The position numbers were made by a program, and so were the translations under genes. A stretch of 28,542 nt of DNA from Candidatus Bathyarchaeota archaeon (GTDB taxonomy: Archaea > Thermoproteota > Bathyarchaeia > Bathyarchaeales > Bathycorpusculaceae): positions 1 to 28,542 of the forward strand of contig DAOVQA010000001.1 of the NCBI GenBank assembly GCA_030628925.1. The letters run 5' to 3'. The first letter of the stretch is position 1. Each line of letters begins with the position of its first letter. The notes under the pieces were generated by a model. The model saw nothing but the letters and a program-made list of their open reading frames with translations, was not told the origin of the DNA and ran no database searches. Positions 17,928-27,852 of the stretch are shown one piece after another.

Positions 17928-18665
17928 TTACCTTCTTCTCTTTTTTTGCCCGGCACGTCTAGCGGCTATCAAGCCAACTTTTTGCCCTGGCGGCGCATGA
18001 CGCGACACAGTAGTGACTTTTCTCGCACTTTTTTTGCTGCTACCATACGGATGCAATGCTGCAATCATGGCTCTTCCACTGGTTCTTGGATATTTATGCC
18101 CTTTTGCCTTCATCATGTGGAATTTTGCGCCTGCTTTCAGGAAAGGTTTCTCAGTTCTACCTGCGCCTGAAACTACACCAATCGTTGCCCTGCAGTAATC
18201 ATTCAAATATCTGGTTTTTCCAGATGGAAGCTTTATCATCGTTCCTTGTGGTGTGTGTCCCACGACTGTTGCATATGTTCCAGAAGACCTTGCGATTTTT
18301 CCGCCGTCTCCTGGCTGAAGTTCTAAATTGCACATTATAGTTCCTTCTGGGATTTTCCCCACAGGAATAATGTTCCCCACTTCAACCGGAGCTTTCCCAC
18401 CCATCTGTACAGGCTGTCTTGTATGAACACCTTCAGGAACAACAGTGTAACATGTTTCTCCATTCTCAAATTTTACAAGTGCAAGAGGTGATCCACGGCC
18501 AGGTTCGTGTACCAAGCCTTCAATAACTCCTTCTATTGCTGCTTGAAAATAATCATTTGGTTCTAACGATGGATATTTCGTCGGAGCAACCCTCTTATGA
18601 GTCGAAGCTTTAAAGGTAGGGCTTCTACCTCGTCCGCGTCTCTGAACACGAATTCTCTTTCCCAT
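17928..18665 (-). CDS. rpl2: 50S ribosomal protein L2 (uL2)
   Basis: MGKRIRVQRRGRG, HEPGRG.PLA and GGGR-equivalent GAGRTEKP. The GAGGTGA RBS favours ATG 18665 over 18671. Confidence 0.98.
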   Translation of the reverse strand: MGKRIRVQRRGRGRSPTFKASTHKRVAPTKYPSLEPNDYFQAAIEGVIEGLVHEPGRGSPLALVKFENGETCYTVVPEGVHTRQPVQMGGKAPVEVGNIIPVGKIPEGTIMCNLELQPGDGGKIARSSGTYATVVGHTPQGTMIKLPSGKTRYLNDYCRATIGVVSGAGRTEKPFLKAGAKFHMMKAKGHKYPRTSGRAMIAALHPYGSSKKSARKVTTVSRHAPPGQKVGLIAARRAGQKKRRR

Positions 18666-18686
18666 ACTCATTTCACCTCATTTATA

Positions 18687-18947
18687 CTACAATATTCCAA
18701 GCTTGATCGCAACATCAGCTGCGTTATAATCAGGGTGAAGCTTAACGAAAGCTTTCTTTTCACCTTTCGGTGAAATGAGAACGTTAACTTTTTCAACTTC
18801 AACTTCATAGAGTTCTTCAACTGCCCTTTTAACATCTATTTTATCCGCCTTAAGGTTGACCATGAACACTAGCTTATTTTCTTTTTCAATCATCAGGCTT
18901 GCAGATTCCGTCATCAAGGGATAAAGTATAACTGTGTAGGGATCCAT
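18687..18947 (-). CDS. rpl23: 50S ribosomal protein L23 (uL23)
   Basis: P..TE, NKLVF.V, VEKVN and KKAFVKL. Confidence 0.98.
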   Translation of the reverse strand: MDPYTVILYPLMTESASLMIEKENKLVFMVNLKADKIDVKRAVEELYEVEVEKVNVLISPKGEKKAFVKLHPDYNAADVAIKLGIL

Positions 18948-19747
18948 TATGGCTTCTCCCCTCCACCGTAAAGTTCATCCAGCTTTTCAACAGCACTGGC
19001 TGTCCAGATTGTAAGCCTTCCAGGATGCGTGCCCGGCGCTAAGACCTCAGCGTTTAGGTTGTCAACGGTCATCACATCTACGCCTGGTATGTTCCTTGCA
19101 GCTTTCACTATCCCTCTGTCTTTGGCAACAACTATTACTGGGCCTACAGCTTGTTTTGTTTTCCTGCCCCTCATCTTGCCCTTTCCAGCTCGAATTTTCC
19201 TGCTTTCTTTCACTCTGTAAATGTCTGATAAGACGCCTAAGTTTATGAGGAATTCTTCCACTTCTTTTGTCCTCTTTAACCCTTCCAGTTTGTCAGTAAC
19301 TATCGGAGGGATTTGCGGAACATCCTCAACAGAGTGACCACGAGCACCCACTATTTTCTTAGAGGCTGTGGCGGCTATTGAAGAAAACAGAGCGAGACGT
19401 TTCTCCTTTTTCGGGATCCTTTTCGCAATTTTTTTTTCGGAAACTGGCGGATGCGTTGCTCTTCCACCCACTGTTCCAGGGGCTAGGGCTGCTCTTCCAC
19501 CGGGTCCTTTCGTTCTCGGCATTCTGGATATACCCAGACCTACGCCTCTGGATTCTGCTGTTGTCCTTTTCCCAGCCAAAGGGTTTCTGCCTTGTGGTTG
19601 AAAACTGTGAGATTGAATGGCCAAAACCGCTCGTTTTATGACATCTGGTCTTAAGGGTGTGTCGAATATCTTTGGCAGTCTTATCTTCCCGACTGGTTTT
19701 CCTGCGAGGTCATAGATTTTTTTGATCTTTGCCATGGGCTTCACCAT
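18947..19747 (-). CDS. rpl4: 50S ribosomal protein L4 (uL4)
   Basis: RPDVIKRA, QPQGR, TAES.G.G, GGRATHPP and LAPGTHPGRLTIWT; TAATG coupling to rpl3 and rpl23. Confidence 0.98.
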   Translation of the reverse strand: MVKPMAKIKKIYDLAGKPVGKIRLPKIFDTPLRPDVIKRAVLAIQSHSFQPQGRNPLAGKRTTAESRGVGLGISRMPRTKGPGGRAALAPGTVGGRATHPPVSEKKIAKRIPKKEKRLALFSSIAATASKKIVGARGHSVEDVPQIPPIVTDKLEGLKRTKEVEEFLINLGVLSDIYRVKESRKIRAGKGKMRGRKTKQAVGPVIVVAKDRGIVKAARNIPGVDVMTVDNLNAEVLAPGTHPGRLTIWTASAVEKLDELYGGGEKP

Positions 19748-20760
19748 TATTTTCCTTGCGGAGGCTCCAGTGATATGTATGTGGTTTGCGGCGGTTGTTC
19801 TGGTATGTGTTTCGGTGGCCGTGTTGGATAGCGCAGCTTTATTGGTCTTTTTTCTGGGCCCGGTATGCTCCCGTCAAGTAATATGTAGTATCCGTGAATT
19901 ATGCCGTACCTTATAAATCCGCCATTTGGCGTTACTTCTTTTCCATCTGTTCCGATTTTTATGATGCGTTTGTTGAGTTCTGTTCTTTGGTGGAATCCCA
20001 TTTGTCCAGCTCTTGGGACACTAGGCATTATGTGCGCTGGTTTCCATGGACCTAGGGTTCCTACGCCTCTTTTTGTTTTTCTTGCTTTATGCTGAAGTAT
20101 TCTTACTCCCCAACGTTTCACAGGCCCCTGAAAGCCTTTACCAGTTGTCACTGCTACAGCATCTATATATTGACCCTCTTTGAATACGTCCCCTAAAGGC
20201 ACCGGTTTTCCAAGCAATGTATTTGCGTATTCAAATTGTTCCTGAACCGTTCCTCCGCCGAGCTCTATTTCCATCACGTCTGGTTTTTTCTTTGGTACAC
20301 TGGTCTGTTTCGGCTGTGTGATTGCAATAACACGTATTCTAGTCACTTTTTCCAGATTTTCTTTAATTTTTCTGAGGTTTTCGTCCATATTGAAGTTTTC
20401 AGGTAATGGGAAGATGCGTTCGAGTTCTTTTGGCGGATTTTTCATCCAAACTTCTGTTAGGGTTTGGAGACCATAGGAGTTTTTCGTGTAGACTCTTATG
20501 GCGCATACAATCATGGGTGGTGCTTCCAGCACCGTTGCGGATTTGCTTACTTCTTTGCCGTAGTTCGGTGAGCGTTTCCTGTCTTCCACTGCGAACACGT
20601 GAGTCATACCTGCTTTGTAACCAATGAAACCTAGAAGTGTGGGTGTGCCAGCCTCTATTTTCGGCCAGTGGCGGATCCTAGCCAGTATATTTTTGGCGCG
20701 TTTCCTAGGTGAATAAGAAAGGGAACCACGTTTTGGCGCATGTTTTTTTCTGTGACCCAT
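19747..20760 (-). CDS. rpl3: 50S ribosomal protein L3 (uL3)
   Basis: PKRGSL.YSPRKRA, GYKAGMTH, GKGFQGPVKRWG and AGQMGFHQRTE.NK. Confidence 0.98.
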   Translation of the reverse strand: MGHRKKHAPKRGSLSYSPRKRAKNILARIRHWPKIEAGTPTLLGFIGYKAGMTHVFAVEDRKRSPNYGKEVSKSATVLEAPPMIVCAIRVYTKNSYGLQTLTEVWMKNPPKELERIFPLPENFNMDENLRKIKENLEKVTRIRVIAITQPKQTSVPKKKPDVMEIELGGGTVQEQFEYANTLLGKPVPLGDVFKEGQYIDAVAVTTGKGFQGPVKRWGVRILQHKARKTKRGVGTLGPWKPAHIMPSVPRAGQMGFHQRTELNKRIIKIGTDGKEVTPNGGFIRYGIIHGYYILLDGSIPGPEKRPIKLRYPTRPPKHIPEQPPQTTYISLEPPQGK

Positions 20761-20781
20761 TATCTTCCCACTTCGTTCTTT

Positions 20782-20848
20782 AGGAATGAAAACAGCTAAT
20801 CATCCCTGACACCCTACAGGGCAACAGTAGCTTTAACTTTTCATTCCT
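20782..20848 (-). ncRNA. Candidate structured 5' leader of the rpl3 operon
   Basis: Nested complementary segments: 11-bp perfect stem (20838-20848 with 20782-20792), 5-bp stem (20828-20832 with 20794-20798) and 5-bp stem (20817-20821 with 20804-20808) closing an 8-nt loop. Ends 21 nt before the rpl3 ATG. Confidence 0.55.
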
Positions 20849-21354
20849 TATTCATAGTGCCTCATAAAAGGAGGTGGGGAAGTATTTATGTCTTTTTAAG
20901 CCTCCACACTGTTATCTCGCCATTGGTAATTTCGTTCGTTTCTAACCGGAAGCTTTAGCGTACACGTTACACAACAATTCCTAAGAAGATTCGATGAAAC
21001 AATTAGGCTCGACCTATCATGCTTTTCGCTCATGATCCAAGCCCATAAAAGCTAAACAGTTGAAACTTGTCTGTTTTAGTTAACCTGAACTTTCGGAGAT
21101 GAGTCAAAGTTGCATAGTTATCAAGATGGACAGCATCCACCTGAGAACATCAAACGACGTAACTGGCGAATTACAGATTATTAAGCAAATCGTGAAAGCT
21201 TTTGCACATCACATTGCTTAGGTAAAATTTTCCAGTATCAGCATTAGCCCCTTCCTACTTGCGTAATTGATTGCATGATTCATTTATATCCTAGCGTACA
21301 CAGTTCAGCTACTAGTACGTACAAGTGATATGATAGTCCTCGGCACGATGCATC

Positions 21355-22515
21355 TCAGTCTTTCTGTTCTTCAAGAACCTCTCTTAATGCTTGTAGAAGT
21401 AAGCGGCTCTGCATTGTAGCTAGTTTTTCTTTGTTGTGTTCCATCCATTCCGCTATTTTATGTGCTTCGCTTTTGACAATCCCTCTTTCAAGTAAGTATT
21501 GGGTTTGTGCCTTGATTGTGTTTATTTTATTGGGCAAAACATTAGAAGGTGTCAACATTGTGGCAGTACGGTGAATTAGAGGTTTATCCAACACTATGTT
21601 TTTGCTTAGGTTCATCCGTCCAAACTCGTGTCTTCCTTGTATAATGGATTTTACCATAGCTCCTTTAATGTTGTATTTCTCCAAGTGTTCCTTGATCTTT
21701 GGCAGATGAATTGTCTTGTTGAAGCTGCTGGTTTCGTAGGTTATACAGTACATCGGGCGGGCGGGTTTTATCTCCACGAACTCGCCTTTGCCATTATCAG
21801 TTTCTATGATGTAGAAACCTCGCTTCTTAGCTGGTTTAACAGTTTCTTCTCCGTTGTCTAAGTTTACTTCAATTTGTTCTGCTTGATCGAATGCCCAATA
21901 TTCAGGGGAACCTGAATTGAATAATCCTTTTTCTGAGTAGGCCACATGGTAATGACCCATCAGAATGTAGTCAAGTCCAAGACTTTTAAGGAAACCTCTG
22001 GACACTTCTGCTCTTTCCTCAGGCACTCCAGGATAGTCCAAGAGCTGATGAAAAACCCCTATTTTAGTCTCTACGTCGGTTTCAACGCTCTGAACAAGCT
22101 TCCTTATCTCTCGATCAGCTTGAAAACTTACATAGCCTAACCCGATAAAACAAGTGTCTCCAATCTCATAAATCGGATTTCTCTTGTCAAGGTAGACAGT
22201 GTCAGACACGTCGCGGATAAGGTGAAGGACGTCTCCTCCATATCTTTCAAAAAGGATTTGAGGCGAGTCATGATTACCGCGGATAAGGATTATAGGACAA
22301 TTTAGATTTGAGATTTCTTTCAGAAACTTACGAACAACTCCTGGATGAGGTCGATGAGTATGAAAAACATCTCCAGCTATCACATAAACGTCGACATTAC
22401 ACTGTTCAGCTTTTCGAGTAACCTTAACGAAAGCATCTAGAAAATCATTCCATCTTTGCTGAATGTTGAATTGACGCATACCTAAATGAAAGTCTGCGGA
22501 AAGAGCAATCTTCAA
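21355..22515 (-). CDS. mre11: Mre11 nuclease
   Basis: Phosphoesterase motifs ADFHLG, AGDVFH, GNHD, FHQ and GHYH, plus Mre11-typical G..QF...R..DF and YNSGSPE-like segments; TTG start. Confidence 0.92.
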   Translation of the reverse strand: MKIALSADFHLGMRQFNIQQRWNDFLDAFVKVTRKAEQCNVDVYVIAGDVFHTHRPHPGVVRKFLKEISNLNCPIILIRGNHDSPQILFERYGGDVLHLIRDVSDTVYLDKRNPIYEIGDTCFIGLGYVSFQADREIRKLVQSVETDVETKIGVFHQLLDYPGVPEERAEVSRGFLKSLGLDYILMGHYHVAYSEKGLFNSGSPEYWAFDQAEQIEVNLDNGEETVKPAKKRGFYIIETDNGKGEFVEIKPARPMYCITYETSSFNKTIHLPKIKEHLEKYNIKGAMVKSIIQGRHEFGRMNLSKNIVLDKPLIHRTATMLTPSNVLPNKINTIKAQTQYLLERGIVKSEAHKIAEWMEHNKEKLATMQSRLLLQALREVLEEQKD

Positions 22516-22536
22516 ATTGACACCTTACTGGGCTTT

Positions 22537-24045
22537 CTAAAGCTCGTCAGGAAACTCGAACCGTTTGATATCTTTTTTTGCAGCATCCTCAAGCCAAGCT
22601 TTTTCAAAGTCAACGTTTCTACCACCATGTTCAGTTTTCCTGTCTGACCGAACCTTGAACCGGATGGAAATTGGAAAGGCTTCCCCCATGATTAAGGCTT
22701 CACCCTTTTCAAATCTTGGGAGCTTACGAACTACTTCCTCAGTGACGTTCTCAGCGCTTTCCCTTATTCGAGTGAGGTCCATCGGATTTTTCACTTTCAT
22801 CACTATGTTAGTTACACATTGACTGAGAACTGTAGAATCCAACCTGCTAGGCCGTTGTGAAACTACTACCAAGCAGATGCCGAATTTGCGACCTTCAGCC
22901 GCCAAGGTGCGCATTATAGCGCTGCTGGACACCTTCTCTGCAGAAGGTGCAAAACGGTGGGCTTCTTCAATAATAAGGATTAGGGGAGGAATTCTGTCTT
23001 CTTTTCTCGCCTGAAAGATTCTTTGAAGAATGCTGGTTGCCACAAACTGTTGGATCCTTTCTTTAACTCCAGACATGGCTACCACTGATATTTGATTGGC
23101 ACCTGTCATTTCCTTAATGGGAGGTTCACTTGTACCAATAAAACCAGTATTCGCTAGGTTTCGCAAGTAGTTCCGAGCCCACATGGCAGCCGTAGCCTCT
23201 GAAGCCTGTCCATTCTGTGTTATGAAATCTAACCTGTTCAAAATGTCGAAGATCGTGTATTCTGGTTTGGTTCTTCTGAGGTTTTGGATAGTGTTTTGCA
23301 ACATGCTGGTAGAGCCTTCACGCATACCGGTGAAGTGTTGGAAATCGTAAGCTGATATCTTCTTCACATCTAATGTGTAGGTGTTTAAGCCAACTGCAGA
23401 GCCTACGCTGTAGAGCATTCTGTTCACTTCTTTAGGCATAGTTTGTGCCATAGGAAGGTATTCATTATGGGGATCAATTATGAGAATGGCGGCCTTGTGT
23501 TTAGCGAGTTCTTCGCATAGCAAACCTAAAAAGTAGGATTTTCCACAGCCTGTCATGCCTATGACGCTGAGGTGTCTCTGAAGCAGATCGTTTATTGGAA
23601 AAGCAACTTGGAACCCGTCTACTGTTCTACCAACCAACAGGTCACCGCGCTCATAGATGAGTTTCCGCTCTTTCGGGTTTAGACTTCGCACTTCAGGGGT
23701 TCTGTCAGCCATGAAGCTTATGGGTTCACTGAATATTTGTGGTCCATCACCTTCGTCACGAATCACGCCCACAGGAACGCAGCGGAGAACATAGCTTTTT
23801 GGGGATCGTTGGATGATTTTGTAGGCTAAACTCTCGTTCTCACTCATCAAGTAGAGGTCTTGCTCAGAAACGTCAGCCCAAGTAATCTTGTTAGTTACCT
23901 GTAATAGTATGGTCTCGTTCAGAGTGTCGTGGGCAATTATGGCTCCTCGCCTGAGGGTGCCAGTTCTCTCTACAGAAGAAACAATCAGAGTTTCTTCGGC
24001 TTTTCCTCCACTTAATATGCTTCCCAGAATCTCGGTTTCACTCAT
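22537..24045 (-). CDS. herA: HerA helicase/translocase
   Basis: N-terminal barrel, Walker A GMTGCGKS, IIDPHNEY, Walker B IIEEAHRFAP, EGRKFG and SQRPS.LD..VLSQ. Confidence 0.93.
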   Translation of the reverse strand: MSETEILGSILSGGKAEETLIVSSVERTGTLRRGAIIAHDTLNETILLQVTNKITWADVSEQDLYLMSENESLAYKIIQRSPKSYVLRCVPVGVIRDEGDGPQIFSEPISFMADRTPEVRSLNPKERKLIYERGDLLVGRTVDGFQVAFPINDLLQRHLSVIGMTGCGKSYFLGLLCEELAKHKAAILIIDPHNEYLPMAQTMPKEVNRMLYSVGSAVGLNTYTLDVKKISAYDFQHFTGMREGSTSMLQNTIQNLRRTKPEYTIFDILNRLDFITQNGQASEATAAMWARNYLRNLANTGFIGTSEPPIKEMTGANQISVVAMSGVKERIQQFVATSILQRIFQARKEDRIPPLILIIEEAHRFAPSAEKVSSSAIMRTLAAEGRKFGICLVVVSQRPSRLDSTVLSQCVTNIVMKVKNPMDLTRIRESAENVTEEVVRKLPRFEKGEALIMGEAFPISIRFKVRSDRKTEHGGRNVDFEKAWLEDAAKKDIKRFEFPDEL

Positions 24046-24060
24046 CTAAACAGCTCCTTC

Positions 24061-25056
24061 TTAACGGTTCACCAAACCTCTAGGCAGTCTTCTTGATCTG
24101 TAACCGAAATGTGTTCTCTTCCGTGCTTCCAGTCGCAGTTGAATCCGCTCATCTTTTGGTAAGCTGTGAACAACATAATTAAACATGAGGTTTGCATCCC
24201 TCTTAGTTACACGTGCATGCTCATCTGCCTTACTGAACACTGGGTTCATCCCGTAATGTGCCTCCGTTGCCCAAAACATCAAGTTTTCAATACACTCCAA
24301 AAATTGGCTTTCTTGCTGTTTCATAAGTTCGAAACGATAATTCCAGTTCTTCAAGTTAACGTAGAAAGTTACGTAGTTATGACGGACACCTACGCGCTCT
24401 GCTTGTGTATCAATGACGGGGATGGGTTCAATATACTGGCCGTTGCCTTGTAACTCTGAGTGTATGATGTAAATGTCATAGAGATCCTTGGTACCCAAGT
24501 GTGCCGCCAAGTATGTACTCCCGGTGCGCTTGAGAAAACCCAGAACAAGAATGTCGCTCTTGAGACATCGATTCATAAGGGGGGCATACAGTTCCTTGTA
24601 GAAGTTCTTGAAGTGTTTTCTATATTCCTTGTTATCCCGCCCAGTGGGATAGAAAACTGTTAGCGTGATTGTTCCATCAACCAGCACTATGGAACCTTTA
24701 GGCACTCCGGTTTCAACAGTCTTAGCTAAGGCCTCATACAACGTCTGCTGCATCAAGAGCCTCCTCAACCGGTCAGTTTGATAATTGTCCACATGAAAGA
24801 AGTAGATGCTGCTGCTGTGATCAACATCTATATTTTCATCCACCACCGCTGCTTTGAAAACTGTAAAAGAAGTATCATAAGCACTGTTGAATCCTGAATC
24901 CACTGCAAAAAGCTTCCTGGATCTTCGAGCTTCAGCTTGATAAACCTTCAATTTATCCTTTATCTCCATTAAGCTCCTGTCTTGTTCAAATAGAACATTC
25001 CGGATTCTTTTGCAGGTTTCTTCCAAGTTTTCGATGTCTAATTTGATATAGGACAC
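24061..25056 (-). CDS. nurA: NurA nuclease
   Basis: FAVDSG and VLVDGT acidic motifs, GFLKR, and C-terminal YG.NP...KADEHARV; sits between rad50 and herA. Confidence 0.85.
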   Translation of the reverse strand: MSYIKLDIENLEETCKRIRNVLFEQDRSLMEIKDKLKVYQAEARRSRKLFAVDSGFNSAYDTSFTVFKAAVVDENIDVDHSSSIYFFHVDNYQTDRLRRLLMQQTLYEALAKTVETGVPKGSIVLVDGTITLTVFYPTGRDNKEYRKHFKNFYKELYAPLMNRCLKSDILVLGFLKRTGSTYLAAHLGTKDLYDIYIIHSELQGNGQYIEPIPVIDTQAERVGVRHNYVTFYVNLKNWNYRFELMKQQESQFLECIENLMFWATEAHYGMNPVFSKADEHARVTKRDANLMFNYVVHSLPKDERIQLRLEARKRTHFGYRSRRLPRGLVNR

Positions 25057-27444
25057 TCAAGCGCCTCCTTCAAAACCATAGGAAGAAACTACGCTTTTAC
25101 CTCTTCGCTTTTCCACCTTAAAGATGTGGGCTGGCAGAGAGTCAAAGGTGTTGTCGTGTGTAACCACAATAAGCTGTTCAAAATTGTGGCTGCCCAGAAA
25201 TTCCCTCAGCTTGGCACGATACAATTCATCCAAATGAATAGTTGGTTCGTCAAGGAGCAAAAGCTGATTCTTAGTTAGAGAACTGCAGATGGCCAGACGG
25301 AGAGCCAAGGCTGCACACGTGGTTTCTCCTCCACTCAGAGAGTTCACTGGAGAAGGCTCCCCATTCCTTGTGACATCGATGTTTCCCTCTTCATCAATAG
25401 CGGCATAATCTATATTATCGTTGGAGAGTTCTTGGTAGAAGCCTTGAAAGACATGGGAAACTTTGAGTACATTGCTTTTACGCATGACAGGCTGCACTAC
25501 TTCCCTAAGGCTTTTTCTCAGAATCTCCAATATGGCGCTCTCCTTTTTTAGCTTCTTAACTTGTTTCCAAGCTTTTCCCTTTTCCTTCAGCTGTTTTTCA
25601 TCTAGCTTGATCCGGGATACATCTTCTTCAATGGATTTTTTCAGTCTTTCTATGCCTTCTGTAGTTTTCGCTTGATTCTTTTGGAGAATTTCAACAGCGT
25701 TCACCTGTTTTCTATGTTTATTAGGATCATATTTCTCTGCAGTTTCCTTGAATGAGGACTGCAACTCTTTCAATTGAAGCTGCAAATCATTGAGGATTCC
25801 TTTATCTTGAAGGAACATTGCCTCCAAATCCTTCTTTGCTGCCATCTGTTTTTCCGCTTTCTTAGCAACTTCTGCTTTTGCGGAAACGCTATGGAGTTTT
25901 TCTGTAACTTTCATTAAGGTTTCAGGGGTTTCGTTTATCTCATTTATCTTTTTTCTGTTTTTTCCAATGCTGGATTTGATTCCTTCAATTCTAACATTGA
26001 TCTCCGTCATTTCCTCTCTGCAACCTTTTAACATTTTAATCTGCCCGGATGCTCGGGCATATTTCTTGTCAGCCACCATAGCAAGCTCTATCTTCTTCTT
26101 CAAGTTATCCATCAGTTTTTGAACATGGTTTCTGGCTTTCTGGATAACGTCATATTCTGTTTTCAGTTTGATTACAGTTTTCCCTGTTTCTCTTCTAATC
26201 TTCTCTTTATGTCCTTCTGGCACAATCTGGAGACAAGTCGGACATTCTCCAAGTTCGGCAACTCTCTCAGCCTTTCTTTTTTGGTTTTCAATCTTAGTAA
26301 ATGCTTTAACAGCTTCCTCTTTCAGTTCATTCAGCTTTTTCTCAAGATCAGCCTGTTTCTCTTTTAGTTCCGGAAGGAGTTCTTTCTCCTCTTTCAGTGT
26401 CTTCAGGCGTGATTCAAGAACACTTAATGCCTCCAGTTGAGACTCGACCTTTCCCCGTCTCTTCAAAATCTCTTTAAGAGTGTCGTTATCTCTTTTCACA
26501 AATGTTTCCAAAATGCTCTTTTGCTGGAGTACAGTTTCTATTAGTCTCTTCTCTTGTTCCAGATCTTTTTCTAACTGGATGAAACGCTTGTTCTTTTTGA
26601 AAGCTTTCTCGGATGCCTTAGTCTTTTCAATCTTCTCTTTGAGGGATTTTAGGGTGGCTGAGGAATTCTTGATCTCGTTGTCTTTTCCTTTTATTTGAGT
26701 TTCTAGCTGATTTAGTCTTTGTTCCAAATTTTGAAGAGTATTTAGTTGCTGCTTTGCCGGTTGTAACCTGTCCTCAATTTCCCTTAGGAAAGATTTAAGC
26801 ATCTTCAGCTCTTGTTTGTTCTTTTTAAGATGAACGTTAAGATTGTTAATCTGTCTTTCCAGAACTGCGAAGCCGCTGGCCTTCTCTTGAACTTCAGTCA
26901 ACTCATCCAGAACCACAGTTCTTACATCGCCCAGATTGTTCCATATCTTTTCGTATGTATCGATGCCTAGAAGCTTATCCAAGCGTTCCCTCCTCTTCCC
27001 AGGCTGGGTTTCCAGCATCTCCTTGATTTCACTTTGGGACGCGTAGGTTGCAGCCAAGAAAGTGGCGGAATCCACATCTAACAGGTCTTCTATAGACCTG
27101 GAGACAGCTGTTGCACCTTCCACAACCAACTGCCAATCGCCTTCTTCAAAAATCAACAATCTAGCTTCTTGCCTCTTCTTTGAGTAGATTTTTCGGTTGA
27201 CTTTGTATTTGTCTAAATTCGTCGAGAAGACTAGTGAAATCTCAGCATTTTTCGTTCCTCGACGAATCAACTCATTTTTGGCGACGTTTCCAGCGTATTT
27301 TCCGAACAAAGCGAAGGAGATAGCTTCAAGAACACTGGTCTTCCCAGCTCCTACCTCGCCAAGAAAAACATTTAAACTAGGGTAGAACTTGATGTCAGAA
27401 TCCTTATGACTCTTAAAATCCTTTAAAATAAGCCTTTCAATCAT
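25057..27444 (-). CDS. rad50: Rad50 SMC-family ATPase
   Basis: Walker A GEVGAGKTS, Q-loop ASQ, coiled coil with central Zn hook CPTC, signature LSGGE, Walker B LLLDEPT and VTH. Probable start is ATG 27444. Confidence 0.95.
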   Translation of the reverse strand: MIERLILKDFKSHKDSDIKFYPSLNVFLGEVGAGKTSVLEAISFALFGKYAGNVAKNELIRRGTKNAEISLVFSTNLDKYKVNRKIYSKKRQEARLLIFEEGDWQLVVEGATAVSRSIEDLLDVDSATFLAATYASQSEIKEMLETQPGKRRERLDKLLGIDTYEKIWNNLGDVRTVVLDELTEVQEKASGFAVLERQINNLNVHLKKNKQELKMLKSFLREIEDRLQPAKQQLNTLQNLEQRLNQLETQIKGKDNEIKNSSATLKSLKEKIEKTKASEKAFKKNKRFIQLEKDLEQEKRLIETVLQQKSILETFVKRDNDTLKEILKRRGKVESQLEALSVLESRLKTLKEEKELLPELKEKQADLEKKLNELKEEAVKAFTKIENQKRKAERVAELGECPTCLQIVPEGHKEKIRRETGKTVIKLKTEYDVIQKARNHVQKLMDNLKKKIELAMVADKKYARASGQIKMLKGCREEMTEINVRIEGIKSSIGKNRKKINEINETPETLMKVTEKLHSVSAKAEVAKKAEKQMAAKKDLEAMFLQDKGILNDLQLQLKELQSSFKETAEKYDPNKHRKQVNAVEILQKNQAKTTEGIERLKKSIEEDVSRIKLDEKQLKEKGKAWKQVKKLKKESAILEILRKSLREVVQPVMRKSNVLKVSHVFQGFYQELSNDNIDYAAIDEEGNIDVTRNGEPSPVNSLSGGETTCAALALRLAICSSLTKNQLLLLDEPTIHLDELYRAKLREFLGSHNFEQLIVVTHDNTFDSLPAHIFKVEKRRGKSVVSSYGFEGGA

Positions 27445-27852
27445 GCAACCCAACCTCTTTAACTAATATCCGTTGTCACAGATAAAAGAACGCATAACAC
27501 CAATGTACGTTGCGAACAATAGTAACTTGTTCTTGAATGGTGGAGGGTTCAAACAAGCTTTCCTAGTCACGTGCTTGTTCTCTCTCGTTCGTGATTTGCC
27601 TGCAGATGTTGTACTTTATGGAAAAGTTAGATGTAGTATTCCGTTTCCGAGGCGCGCGCGCTCTGCCATTACTCATAGTCTTAACAATGGTTGCAATCGT
27701 CTTCTCAAAGGAAAAAACGGTCACGCCGCACACTCGCACATGAGATTTAAGCTTTCTAGTGAAAGCGCGCTCTCGCTTTAAACCCATTTGGACTGTGTAT
27801 TTTGTACATATTGCCTCTAGATGGAATAAACAGAAGAATCATTTATAGAATA

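Noticed and set aside
20799-20827. Kink-turn or box C/D motif in the rpl3 leader (GAUGAU opposite CUGUUG)
   Set aside because: The required tandem G-A pairs cannot form; the opposite strand lacks the GA.
20900-21354. Hidden gene or sRNA between mre11 and the rpl3 promoter
   Set aside because: In the stretches I translated I found only very short frames, and no C/D boxes, tRNA fold or repeats; the search was not exhaustive.
27454-27852. ORFs 27473..27781 (+) and 27563..27787 (-), the (GC)5 tract at about 27652-27661 and a small hairpin AAAGCG-N6-CGCTTT at 27762-27779
   Set aside because: Neither ORF has a motif or RBS. The GC tract and a similar one near 8389 share no flanking similarity. 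A 6-bp hairpin is expected by chance.
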